Of a stretch of DNA of 61,975 nucleotides, positions 50,063-61,886 are shown piece after piece; position 1 is the first letter of the stretch; each line of letters starts with the position of its first letter. A model generated the notes under the pieces. It was not told where the DNA came from and searched no databases. It was given only the letters and a program-made list of their open reading frames with translations. This stretch comes from Octopus bimaculoides. Taxonomy: Eukaryota. A program made the position numbers and the translations under genes. The stretch is from NCBI RefSeq assembly GCF_001194135.2, contig NC_069005.1, forward strand, positions 7,536,456 through 7,598,430, given 5' to 3'.

Positions 50063-50919
50063 TGGATGAGATATGACGGCTCGGCCGTCTCTCCCCAGTT
50101 CTTATATTAATCATTAAAATCCTGAAATACAACAACACAAGGGATAACGGTAACGACAGATCAATAGTTTATTCTAGGTTAGTGTAGAGCCGTTTCGTTC
50201 CTGGGTGAATAGGCATGCCGCTAGAATACCAAAGAAGCTTCGACCACATGTCGGGGTCGAGTTGGGACATACGTGTTGTCGCCACGGCTGCTGGATGGAA
50301 AAGAGGGCGAACGCTATTGCTTTCTCTCCACTACAAGATAATACTAGTAAGACGTTAAGTTATTTCCCTTGTATATATATTTATTTACTTTTTTTACCAC
50401 CCTAAACTTGAAGATTACCGTCTGCAGTATTATTATGAAATAGAAGTGGATTTGGCTTTCAAATAGTTGCCGTGACACTTCTATTTCAACACAATCTCAA
50501 GTGAAGACAGTAACCAAACAAGTGCGACTCTGATATGATAGGAAATTTATTAAATTAAACTAAGGTTAGAGGGAGGACAAGATGCATTTCAAAAGTTGGG
50601 ATGCATGCCCATCCAGAATGTCATGGTCTACAAATTAGTATATGAAAAAAAAAGTTTAAGGTGCTTTTTGTAACTTCTTCGTAATTAAAACGACTTTTAT
50701 GTCTAAAAATTCTTTGAAATAATTAATTACGTGTTTAAAATAAAAACTATGAAAATCGTGAAATCTTCAAACATAAATATTTTCTTTGGATAACAGAAAA
50801 AAAGGTAAATATATAAATAAAAAAAACCTTGCGTTGCAACTTTGGCCAGCTCCAAGATGATTCTGTCCTTGAAGAAATTCTCGTAAATAAACTAAATTTA
50901 AGACTTCAAGAAAGGATAC

Positions 50920-51043
50920 GTGGTTTAGTATTAATGATATCTTCTTGGAGTTTCTGTCTTGCTTTCTTTTCTGCTTCCGTTTCGACGTATTTCTGATCAA
51001 TAATGTGCAGAACCATCGAAGTTCCTCTTAGAGCCGTGGTCAT
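50920..51043 (-). CDS. FAM227A: FAM227-family gene, first coding exon (MTTALRGTSMVLHIIDQKYVETEAEKKARQKLQEDIINTKP), ends in phase 1
   Basis: ATG at 51043, with an alternative at 51016. The only usable donor before the in-frame stop is C|gtatcc, which is phase 1 and matches exon 2. Confidence 0.65.
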
Positions 51044-51484
51044 ATTTAATATGTTTGATTTGCTACAAACAGTAGCCAAATATCCCTCTCAAATTCCCGT
51101 CTTTAGAGGAAAATACTACTACTAATAATAATAAAACTACAGAAAGAAAAGTACATTGTCAACGGTTATAGTCCATGACATAGAAAAAGACAAGACCTGC
51201 TCAGCCAACAATGAGAAAATCTGTTCGATGTGACCAAGGAGACTAAACAATTTACTCAAATTAATTTACATACAAACTAGCAAATTAAAAAAAAAACTTA
51301 AATCTGCTTCCACGAAAAAAGAAAGTCCTTTTAAAGTTTAGCTTTAATCAATAGTCTAAAGTAAATATATTCGTTTTATTTTATGTGTGTGTGTGTAAGT
51401 AAAAAAAAAAAAAATCTCCCGGAATACGAAAATAAATGTGTAGATTCTTGACCCTCTTGTGTTGCTGACTCTGCAGTTTTTCAC

Positions 51485-51493
51485 AAAATGGCG
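51485..51493 (+). promoter_or_regulatory. YY1-type motif (AAAATGGCG) at the probable CBY1 5-prime non-coding exon (about 51450-51600, donor CTG|gtatgt at 51601)
   Basis: Motif match in a locally CpG-retaining segment between the divergent genes. The exon limits are inferred. Confidence 0.45.
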
Positions 51494-51679
51494 TTACGAA
51501 GTTGTTTGTCTCTGTTCGATATTTAGGGAATAAATCAATTGACTCTTTGTGAATTAAGGAAAGGAATAAACATCTTCGTTTCTACTGGTGAAAATATCTG
51601 GTATGTTTTATCGATTCTTTTGTTGTTTTTGTTATAGAGAGGGAAATCTCTCTCACTCTGTCTGCCGTCAAGGTATATA

Positions 51680-51693
51680 GTTGCCTTGACAAC
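51680..51693. promoter_or_regulatory. RFX X-box (GTTGCCTTGACAAC)
   Basis: It has 12 of 14 matches to the GTTGCCATGGCAAC consensus and lies between two divergent genes, one of which is a known ciliary gene. Confidence 0.65.
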
Positions 51694-53108
51694 CGCTTAA
51701 CAGGTCTGAAGCTTAAGTTTCTATCATTCAACGAACTCGCCTAGTTTGTTCGATTTGCATTCATTCCAACCGTGACTGTCATGTCCGCACGCACACACGA
51801 GTGCCGTAATCGTTAGTCCTATGGCTTGTCGGGAATTAAAACAAAAGTGGCCAGACATACCTCCTTTTTGAACTTGTCACCGTCTTGAATGCTGTATGGA
51901 TGAGTGTGTATACACCGTTTCTAAAGAATAGTCAGGTATTATCAAGAGCGGCAAAACCTGTAATTTCTTCGGGTGCACATGTTTTGAGCATCGTAGATAA
52001 CTTGGCGATAAAATAAAATGTGAACGAAGAAGGGGAGACAGGCCTCTACTTTTTATTTTTAAGCTTTTGAAAACTTTTTCAGACTTATGTTATAAACCTC
52101 TGAGATTATTTGATACCAAATAATAAATGACTAAATAAAGTTAATATTTTTGTGTTTTTTGAATTTGTAAACCTTTCGCGCTGTAATATTTATAGTTTCA
52201 ACATACGATAGAAAGGCGGAGGCAAAGAATACGCACACCACCCGTTTTCGGCGTAACACTAACCCTAAACACCGGATGTGCAGATTCTTTACTTTCGCCC
52301 GATGGAAGTACAATTTCAAGTTGTCTGAAAGGGTGATTCTCTAAAAATATGTGAAACATGAATATGAAAATAAATAAATAATAAATAACTTTCGATAAAA
52401 TGTTATTTTCAAGACTGAAGAATTGCGAAAAAGTGTGGCTCGAAAGATTTTTTTTTTTTTTTTTCTCCAGAATTGTTGTAGGATCATCTACGGTGTTTAG
52501 AGCAGACACATCCGCAGAAATAATGTCGGTTATGTCTTTTAGCGCTCTAGATAATTTCCGATACTATTCTGTAGGTGCACACACACACACATACATATAT
52601 ATAGTCAGTAGTTCATATCTCTGAAAAAGAATCATACACTAAGCCATTAGAGCGATAATACATCTTTTTAGGAAGTTAAAGCCAGTCAGAGAGTGACCAT
52701 TGGTTATGCACCTATAAAGCATTTAGCAGCATAGGTGACTGGTCAGACTCAAATGGCTGAAAGCACATAACCAAGCTCTAATTGTAGAAAATACCTGTGG
52801 AAGGGGTAGATTCAAGATGAGACGAAGTGGTGAGAAAGGATCTTCAGACGTTGGGCCTCACAGAGGGGATGACTAGGGACCAGGAGATGCGATGATTTGC
52901 TAAGACTCATCTTGAGAAGACACATCAGGTTAAGTAAAATTGCTGTCTCCCAAACATACAGGCTTGTCCTTTCAGGTACCGATGCCACTTAAAAAGCACC
53001 CATGCCGGTGCTGCATTGACACACCTGTGCTGGTAGCTCGTTTATAATCCTGGTAACCCACACCAAATTTATGTATTTCTTTTTTTTTTTTTCTTTTATA
53101 GAACCAAG

Positions 53109-53289
53109 ATGCCATTATTTGGAAATAAATTTTCTCCCAAGAAGATTCCTAATCGAAGAAGCCAGTCTTTAAGCAATCTAAGCTTGGATTCATCTCAAGC
53201 AAAAGAGGAATTTGGGATTGAATGTGGACCGGCCAGAATAAACTTGGGGGGAAGCGAAATGACTTTTGAAGACGGTCATTGGATTCCTG
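53109..53289 (+). CDS. CBY1: Chibby homolog, coding exon 1 (MPLFGNKFSPKKIPNRRSQSLSNLSLD...FEDGHWIP), ends in phase 1
   Basis: Clear similarity to human MPFFGNTFSPKKTPPRKSASLSNL...FENGQWI. An acceptor (ttttatag) 8 nt upstream of the ATG implies an upstream non-coding exon. Confidence 0.95.
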
Positions 53290-54520
53290 GTAATTAGNNN
53301 NNNNNNNNNNNNNNNNNNNNNNNNNNNNNNNNNNNNNNNNNNNNNNNNNNNNNNNNNNNNNNNNNNNNNNNNNNNNNNNNNNNNNNNNNNNNNNNNNNNN
53401 NNNNNNNNNNNNNNNNNNNNNNNNNNNNNNNNNNNNNNNNNNNNNNNNNNNNNNNNNNNNNNNNNNNNNNNNNNNNNNNNNNNNNNNNNNNNNNNNNNNN
53501 NNNNNNNNNNNNNNNNNNNNNNNNNNNNNNNNNNNNNNNNNNNNNNNNNNNNNNNNNNNNNNNNNNNNNNNNNNNNNNNNNNNNNNNNNNNNNNNNNNNN
53601 NNNNNNNNNNNNNNNNNNNNNNNNNNNNNNNNNNNNNNNNNNNNNNNNNNNNNNNNNNNNNNNNNNNNNNNNNNNNNNNNNNNNNNNNNNNNNNNNNNNN
53701 NNNNNNNNNNNNNNNNNNNNNNNNNNNNNNNNNNNTATATATATATATATATATATATATGCAATTGTGTATGTATATAATATATATGTTTATGTATGTA
53801 TATATATATCTATACATATAAATTTGACATGGGCAATTCTTTCTTATCTTGGAATTCACGGTCAAACAGCTGGGTGGAATTGTGTGAAAAATTACACAGA
53901 TGTGTAGAATGATCCGGTGGTGTTGCTGGGCATTGTATTCTTCATAGCTCCCATGGTTACCAAGATAATCTACTATAATAATACTCTTGTGTTTATGAAT
54001 GAGAAAGGAAGGGGTGATGTCATACTTGGTAGTGGGATGATGAAAATTGTACGTTGAAAAAAATAAATCAAACAGCGTTTCAACTCTGTATGAATATATG
54101 TGTGCGTGTGTGTATATAAAAGAGAGGTATGTGAATGTGTTTGTGTTTATTTTTTGATTTGGTTGTTTTTTTTTTTTTTTGTTGGTCAGTTATTTTTGTT
54201 AACGAAGACTTGATAAATGAAATAGCCAAATCACTCACCTTTACCTCACTGTTTTCCCCATACTGATATTGTCCTTGTCTCTGTCAGTGAGAGAGCCACA
54301 AAAAGTGTGTTTACAGCATGGCCTTTTACCAATCCTTCCACCCCTCCTCTACTCAACGGCTAGAATTTGCTCAATGATTCAGTTTAATCAAAAAGACAAA
54401 ATGCTGTTGTTGATGCTCCTGTTATATAAATCAGATATTTGCAATGATTTGATTAGTACCATAATTAGTACCATAATTAGTACCATTGATTAGTACCATA
54501 ATTTCTTCCAATGCATGCAG

Positions 54521-54636
54521 CCAGTGGCTTTGGTGCTGCCAGCCATCAAGAACTGATGATTCTACGTAAGAAAAATGAGCAACTACTCAATGAAAACAAT
54601 TTTCTGAAGATAAAATGTGAAACTTTGTTAGACATG
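54521..54636 (+). CDS. CBY1: Chibby homolog, coding exon 2 (SGFGAASHQELMILRKKNEQLLNENNFLKIKCETLLDM), phase 1 to 0
   Basis: AG/GTAAGT sites. The coiled coil matches LRRRNQQLEEENNLLRLKVDILLDM. Confidence 0.95.
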
Positions 54637-55620
54637 GTAAGTTCGAATTCCTTGACCCTTTAATTATGAAATGAAATTCTAGGGTTACTCCAATAAATGA
54701 CATTAGATATCTACCAAAATATAGAACTGGTATTTTCTGCAAATCACATTGTCTCAATAAACTTGACAGGTCTTGGTGGTGGTGGTGATCGTCTTAACCC
54801 TTTAGCATTCAGATTATTCGGTTGAATGTAATCCTTATTGATTCACATTGTTTTGAATTACCTTGTAGCTTCAAGATTCCAATGATGCGATCGTTTATTT
54901 TTAGAATGACATTGTAGGGTTGGTGTGAGAGTCTGGATCTGACAGTTTGATATGAAACAAGTAGAATATTTGGTTGAAAACTGATGGTATTCAGATTACT
55001 CTGTCAAATGTAATTCTTATTCATTCACATTGTTTCGAAGTCATTATGCCACGTAAAAGACACCCAGCACACTGCTAAGTGGTTGGTATTAGAAAGGGGC
55101 ATCCAGTCATAGAAACCAAATCAGAATTGAACCTGATGCAGCTCTCTGGCTTGCCAGCTCTGGGCAAACTGTCCAACCCATGCCAGCATGGAAAACAAAT
55201 GTCAAAGGATGATGATGATTATCTTACAGCTTCAATATTTTCATAATGTGATTGTTAATTTATAGAACAACATTGTAGGGTACATGTGAGGGGCTGAATC
55301 TCACCAGTTTGAATATAAAAGAAGTAGAATACATGAACCTTATACGGCTGGTTTAACTCGTGTTATAAACTCTTCATGCATTATCTCATAGCTTTAAGAT
55401 TTCAACATGATTGTGTATTTTTAGAATGACATTGTAGGGTAGGTGTGATGGGCCAGATTCAGCCAGTTTGAACATAAAACAGATGGAATATTTGGGCTGG
55501 ATATGAACAGTTAAAATGCCAAAAGGTTAAACCAGGTGTCAGGATGACCCTTAGGAAATGGGTGGAACCTTGATTAAATCAACTGTAATATTGAAATTAT
55601 GCAATTTTTTTTTCTTGCAG

Positions 55621-55704
55621 CTGACTGAAACAACTGTGAACTCTCACCTTCAAATTCAAGAAATTACCCAACTAAAGAACATGGTACGAAGTAAAAACAG
55701 ATGA
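55621..55704 (+). CDS. CBY1: Chibby homolog, coding exon 3 (LTETTVNSHLQIQEITQLKNMVRSKNR*)
   Basis: T-rich acceptor, with the TGA stop at 55702-55704. The total product is 126 aa. Confidence 0.95.
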   Translation: MTETTVNSHLQIQEITQLKNMVRSKNR

Positions 55705-55734
55705 CATGGCTGGACCACATTGTTGTGTGTGGGT

Positions 55735-55866
55735 GTCCTCACTTGCTGAATTTCCTATTTCTAAACCAGGTGTGTTTGTGTGTGTGTCCCTCACTGAATT
55801 TCCTATTTCTAAACCAGGTGTGTGTGTGTCTGTGTCCCCTCACTGAATTTCCTATTTCTAAACCAG
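55735..55866 (+). repeat. About 40-bp tandem repeat x3 just after the CBY1 stop
   Basis: The unit cctcactgaatttcctatttctaaaccagg(tg)n is repeated. Confidence 0.85.
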
Positions 55867-56844
55867 TAATTCTGGGATTTCATCGACCCCAGTGCTCAGT
55901 TTGTACTTATTTTATCAACCCCGAAAGAATGAAAGACAAAGTTTATTTTGGGGGGGAAGTGGTAAGTCAATTTCATGAACCCCAATGCACAGCTGGTACT
56001 TTTATCAACCCCAAAAGAATGAAAGGCAAATTCAACCTCAGAAGAATTTGAACTCAGAATGTAAAGACATGTGGATTGCTTCTAAGCATTTTGCCCACCA
56101 TGCTAACATTTATGCCAGCTCACCACCTTTGTGTGTGTGTAATTAAATGATATTTCTCAACACATCATATGTCAGCAATACAGGGATGTTGGGGAGGAAC
56201 AACAGCAGTCAATAAGTGACTGAAGCCATACTGGAGCACTGCCTTGAAGAAGTTTAGTTCAACAAATCGATCCCCAGTACCTATTTTTTAAAATCTGGTA
56301 CTTATTCTAACAGTCACCTTCTGCCAAACCACTAAGTTACAGGGACATAAATAAACCACACACACTCATATATACGACGGGCTTCTTTCTGTTTCCATCT
56401 ACCAAATCCACTCACAAGGCTTTGGTTGGTCGGGGGCTTATAGTAGAAGTCACTTGCCCAAAGTGCCACACAGTGGAACTGAACCTGGAAGCAAATTCTT
56501 ACCATACCAACCATGCCTATATTAGCAATCACTAAACCATCAGCATAAGAAAACTGGGACCACACGACCATATTAATATTAACAGCCATAGCAGCAGATT
56601 AGCAACAAACTATTAGACACACTGTTTTTTCACTTATCTTTTACTTGTTTCAATCATTAGACTGTGGCCACGCTGGGGCATCACTTGGAATAATCTTTAA
56701 TCAAATGAATCAACCCCAGTACTTTTTTTTTTAATAATCTGATACTTATTCTATCAGTCTCTTTTGCTGAACCGCTAAGTTATGGGGACATAAACACACC
56801 AACACCAGTTGTCAAGCAGTAGTGGTTCACAAATACAGACACAA

Positions 56845-56875
<31 letters not shown>

Positions 56876-57325
56876 CGACGGGTTTCTTTCAGTTTCTGTC
56901 TACCAAATCCACTCACAAGGCTTTAGTCAGCCTGAGGCTATAGTAGAAGACACTTGCCCAAGGTGCAACGCAGTGGGACTGAACCTGGAACCATGTGTTT
57001 AGGATACAAGCTTCTTACCACACAGCAACCACACCAAGAAAGAGACTGTTAGAATAAGTAGAAGGCTTAAAGGAACAGATGCAGGGGTCAGTTCATTCAA
57101 CCGTTGTATGGTGTAATCAATTAGTCTGCTTGATATTTCAAATGAACAATCAACACATTAAATAATGAAGCTGTTGAGTTTGGAAAAAATCATGAGAAGA
57201 AACCTGAGGTTTCGGGATTGTCCTTAGTCTGAGAGAAATAAAAAAAAAAAAAAGGTCTTTTTTGTTATTTTCTTTTCTCTTTTCTGGTTCTAGTCATTGG
57301 CCAGCAACAATGTTGGGCTGTTACT

Positions 57326-57992
57326 TTAACCCTTTCAATACCAATCTGTCTGCGATGGGCCCTGATTCTGATGGAAACTTTTAGCTTTAACCCTTCAGCA
57401 TAAAGATTACTCTGTCAAATGTAATTATTATTTATTCACATCGTTTTGAATTAATCATGCATTATCTCATAGCTTTGATATTTCAAAGCTGTGATTGTTT
57501 ATTTTTAGAATTGCATTGTAGGGTAGGTATGAGAGGCCAGGTGTAGCCAGTTTGAGCATAAAACAGGGAGAATATTTGGACCAGATATGGCTGGTTTAAC
57601 CCCTTAGCATTCAGGTTACTATGTCAAATGTAAAGCTTATTTATTCCTCATTGTTTTGAATTAATCCTGTATTATCTCATTGCTTCAAAATTTCAACGAT
57701 GTGATTGTTTATTTTTAGAATGACATTGTAGGATAGGTATGAGAGGCTGGATCTGGCCAGTTTGAACACAAAACAGGTAGAATATCTGGGCCAGATAGGG
57801 CCAGTTTAAATACTAAAGGGTTAAAGTCCTCTAAATTAAAAGTTTCCATTAAAATTTCGTGTTAGCTTATGTTCCAAAACATCAGCTTAATAGTGACAAA
57901 GCTATTGTACTAGATTTTTTTCATTCCTTTCAAAATTAATTGAAACAAAGAGAAGGTATATCTACATAAATGTGGTCAAGAAAAAGGGTTAA
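57326..57992. mobile_element. Nested TTAA MITEs: a family-2 element split by two family-1 copies
   Basis: TTAA occurs at 57326, 57387, 57596, 57821 and 57989. The outer pieces align with the 41555-41776 element and the inner pieces with 8864-9083. Confidence 0.75.
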
Positions 57993-58229
57993 AAGGTTTA
58001 GACAGCCATTTCAACCCTGAACTTATTTTAGAGTCTGGTAATTTGTTGATCACTAATTGTTGAACTGTTAGGTTACAAACAAACTCAGACACAAACACGT
58101 ATATTATAAATAAATTGGATGTGGAGCCATGCCAAATCAGACTGGAGTCTGGTGCAGCCTTCCGGCTTACCAGCCCTGATCAAAGCATCCCCGGACGTTA
58201 GATGATGATGATGATGATGACGATGATAA

Positions 58230-59870
58230 CCAAGCAGCAGCACACGAGTGGTTTAGAGATATATTAATTGATGCATAGGACAAGTTAGAGGAAGAGGTAG
58301 AAAATAATAACAGAGAAGATGATTGAGGATTTCAACATGATAACCTATCGAGGGTGACAGATTGAACAAGTGACTGGGGTTAAGACCTAGCCAAAAAGGT
58401 GACATCGTGATGGAATAGCTCTGCAGATAAAACCGTAAAGACTAAGAGAGAGGTTTGGTAAGACTGGCTAAAAAAAGGGCAGCAGAGAGTAGTACCAACT
58501 TCTAAGAAGTGAATCAAGATATCAGGTATATTGAGCAAAAGGAATATATTAATCAGAGCAATTAAGATTATGATGGCCAGGAAGGCATCTGGTCCATCAG
58601 GAATGACTGTTAAAATGCTTAAAATGTCTGGCAGAGTGAGATATTAAACTGGTTGCCTGCATAGTAAGTCAGGTAGTACAGGAAAGTGTGATACCCAATG
58701 GCTAACATAACAGTAACATCAACTACTCCAAAGGTGATGCATTAGAGAGAGGAAACTACAGAGATATTAAACAGTTGGACCAATTTATAGATGTAACAGA
58801 GTGCCATTGATTACCTAGAGCATTAGTATAGAAACAATGCAGTTTGGTTTTGTGCCAGGTGGAAGCAATACTGATGCTATCTTCCTAGTGAGATAACTGC
58901 AGGAGGAATATCTAGGTAGGCACAGGCCCTATATATGGCTTTTGTTGCCGGGGTTTCCAGCTCTGATCTAGTGAACATTGGAGAAGATAAATGGCTTGTG
59001 AGAGTTGATAATAAATACCTAAGGAATTCAGTGTGAAGGAGGGGATACACCAGAGCTAAGTCCTCTGCCCACTTTTGTTCATTATAGACTTCCAAATCAT
59101 AACAGAAGGGGTTTAGGAGTAGCTGTCCGTGGCAACAACTTTGTGTTGGTGACTTAGTTCTTAGAGCAGAATCTGAAATAGAAATGAAATTCCAAATGTA
59201 ACAACAAAACCTGGAATCTAGAGGCTTCGAAATAAATTTAGTAAGTAGGAAAGAACACAGGACTCTGCTTCCATCAAAAAAATGGCCATGACCAGTGTGT
59301 AGAAAAGGGGTAAGTAGGAATACTATTTGGTGTATTCAATGTAAACTGTGGGATCACAGGTTAGCTAAGAGAGAAGGTAAACTTCATATTTAGTTGGTGC
59401 ACAGAATAGATTCCATCCAATGTGTGGGAGGTTCACAAGAAGTAGCAGATAGCTTCTGTTACCTAAGAGACCTAATTAGTAGTGGAGGGTTGGTATGTGA
59501 GGGGTGGCATGGTAACCAGAGTAAGAAATGGTTGAATAAAGTTCCAGGAGCTGTTACTTCTGTTAGCAACAAATGGCTTCTCCCTAAGAGGGTGCGAAAT
59601 GTGATGCTATTTTATAGCTAAAAGTGGATCTCAAATGCAGAAAACCTCCAAAGGCTAAAAAAGAAATGAAGCAAACATGCTCCACAGGATGTGTAATACA
59701 AGAGCGCATGAAGATCAGAGTAGAAATGAGCTGAGAGAAGGGAAGATCTGGTACAAAGAGACGAAGATGAATCTGGAGTTGTTACATCTTACAAAGGAGA
59801 TGACAAAGAACCACATCAATTGGTGGTATGATAAGTGGAAGAAAACCAACTCGTCCACCACGGGATGATA
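58230..59870 (+). mobile_element. Degenerate RTE-clade LINE reverse transcriptase region
   Basis: Fragments: KASGPSGMTVKMLK, KGDALERGNYRDIK, QFGFVPGGSNTDAIFLVR*LQEEY, GIHQS*VLCPLLFII, PWQQLCVGDLVL (degenerate YADD) and DSFCYLRDLIS. Many stops and frameshifts. Confidence 0.85.
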
Positions 59871-60129
59871 AAACAGATGTTGAAATTGTTATAAATGTAT
59901 AGACACACATACTCACCAGGAATAGGGATTCAAAGGATCAAACAGAACTCAAGTAGACTCTCTGCTGAGCATCTGGCTAACAATACAATTATATAGTATA
60001 TACATATACATGTGTAGAACCCTTCAGCATTATTGATGTAACTGGATATAGATTACGAAACAGCTGCCAACAAATCAAATACTTCATTTCTCACTTCAAC
60101 TTTTAAATAATTCTATATATATAAAAAAA

Positions 60130-60760
60130 ATACAAAATGGGACAAGAACGCAAAACATCCAGACAGTTAGGTGATACAAAAAAGGGACAACAAAACATCC
60201 AGATAGACGATACAAAGAAAACAAGGATGGGTCATTCGGAGTTTTCTTCCCTCAATCGAGTTCCAGATTATCTTTGCAATTTCGGCTGGTTATACTCGAG
60301 ATTGCTCCAATCTGTCCAGCCCCAAGGAAAAACTAAGCTAAGAGCATTAGATTCCTTGGAAGAAAGCAGCGAATGTATACAAAAACAAGGACGGAAAAAA
60401 ATGGACAATGTTACACGAATACAATAAAAATAATAACAGGACATAACAACAGGTGTCTTTCAACTAAGGATGAATTAAATTAAGCTGGTGTGTGTGGAAA
60501 TGAAGCCTTACGGCAGAGATACAAGATTTCATAGGCAGAGGGAAGAATATCGATGTTGCACGGACAACAGCCAGCTAAGAAAGAAAGATCAGGCTTGGCC
60601 GAACGCCAGTCATGTAAGAAGAGAAGAGAGACAGGTAGAGGAAGAAGGACAAAACAATTAAGGAAGGGCGAGAAAAAATGACAGGGACACAGTGAAGTGA
60701 AAAGCGGAGGGAAAGTGAGCAAGAAGAGAAAGCAAGGAAATGTGAGAGAGGGGGAAGGTT
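60130..60760. repeat. Probable interspersed repeat of unknown class
   Basis: A compositionally distinct, purine-rich segment with no splice-consistent ORF. Repeat status is inferred, not shown within the window. Confidence 0.35.
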
Positions 60761-61654
60761 CCTTTGTTTTAAATATTTTATTTTAAATATCTATTATGGA
60801 AATGTATGTATAAGAGTTATCTAAATAAATCCTTATATATATATATATATCCAGTGTCGTCTTACAGGCACATGTGCTGGTGACACGTGAAAAAGAACAT
60901 TCGAGCGTGGTCGTTGCCAGTGATGCCGGACTGGCTCTCGTGCAGGTAGCACGTAAAAACACCTTTTGAGCATGTGCGTAGTTGTTGCCAGAACTGCCTG
61001 ACTGGCCCTCGTGCCAGTGGCATGTAAAAAGCACCCACTACACTCTCAGAGTGGTTGGCGTTAGGAAGGACATCCAGCTGTAGAAACTTTGCCAGACCAG
61101 ATTGAGCCTGGTGCAGCCTCTAGCTCACCAGTCCTCAGTCAAACCGTCCAACCCATGCCAGCATGGAAAGCAAACATTAAACGATGATGATGATATATTT
61201 AAAAGGATCTATTTAGATAACTCTTGCACACACATATATTTAAAGGGATTTATTTAGATAAATCTGATACATTTCCATAACAGTTATTCAAAATGAAGGT
61301 GAAGAATATAATGTAAAAAAAACAAAAAACAAAAGACAGAACAAAAACTATGATAATAGCAAAACAAAATATGAAAGATAGATGAAGAATGCATAATTAA
61401 TGTACACATACTTACATATATACAAGTTTATAGAAATACGTATACATACATATACATATGTGTGTGTGTGTGTAGTCAAGCATGTGTTGCTAGGCATTGT
61501 GTACATAAGTAACTGTATACACACTTCTATACATGCATGTCAGCATCAGTGATATTTTTCAGAGCCTCTTTACACATTAAACATCCATAATGTCCCTTGT
61601 CCCTTGCATCATACATCCGTCCACCGACCACGCAACTCTCATCCATGTTTCTTG

Positions 61655-61886
61655 TTTCTTTATTGCCCACAAGGGGGCTAAACATAAAGGGGACAAACAA
61701 GGACAGACAAAGGGTTTCAGTCGATTACATCGACCCCAGTGCGTAACTGGTACTTAATTTATCGACCCCGAAAGGATGAAAGGCAAAGTCGACCTCGGCG
61801 GAATTTGAACTCAGAACGTAACAGCAGGCAAAACACTGCTAAGCATTTCGCCCGGCGTGCTAACGTTTCTGCCAGCTCGCCGCCTG
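61655..61886 (-). mobile_element. SINE family C, near-consensus copy
   Basis: Near-identical to 32343-32583. Confidence 0.85.
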
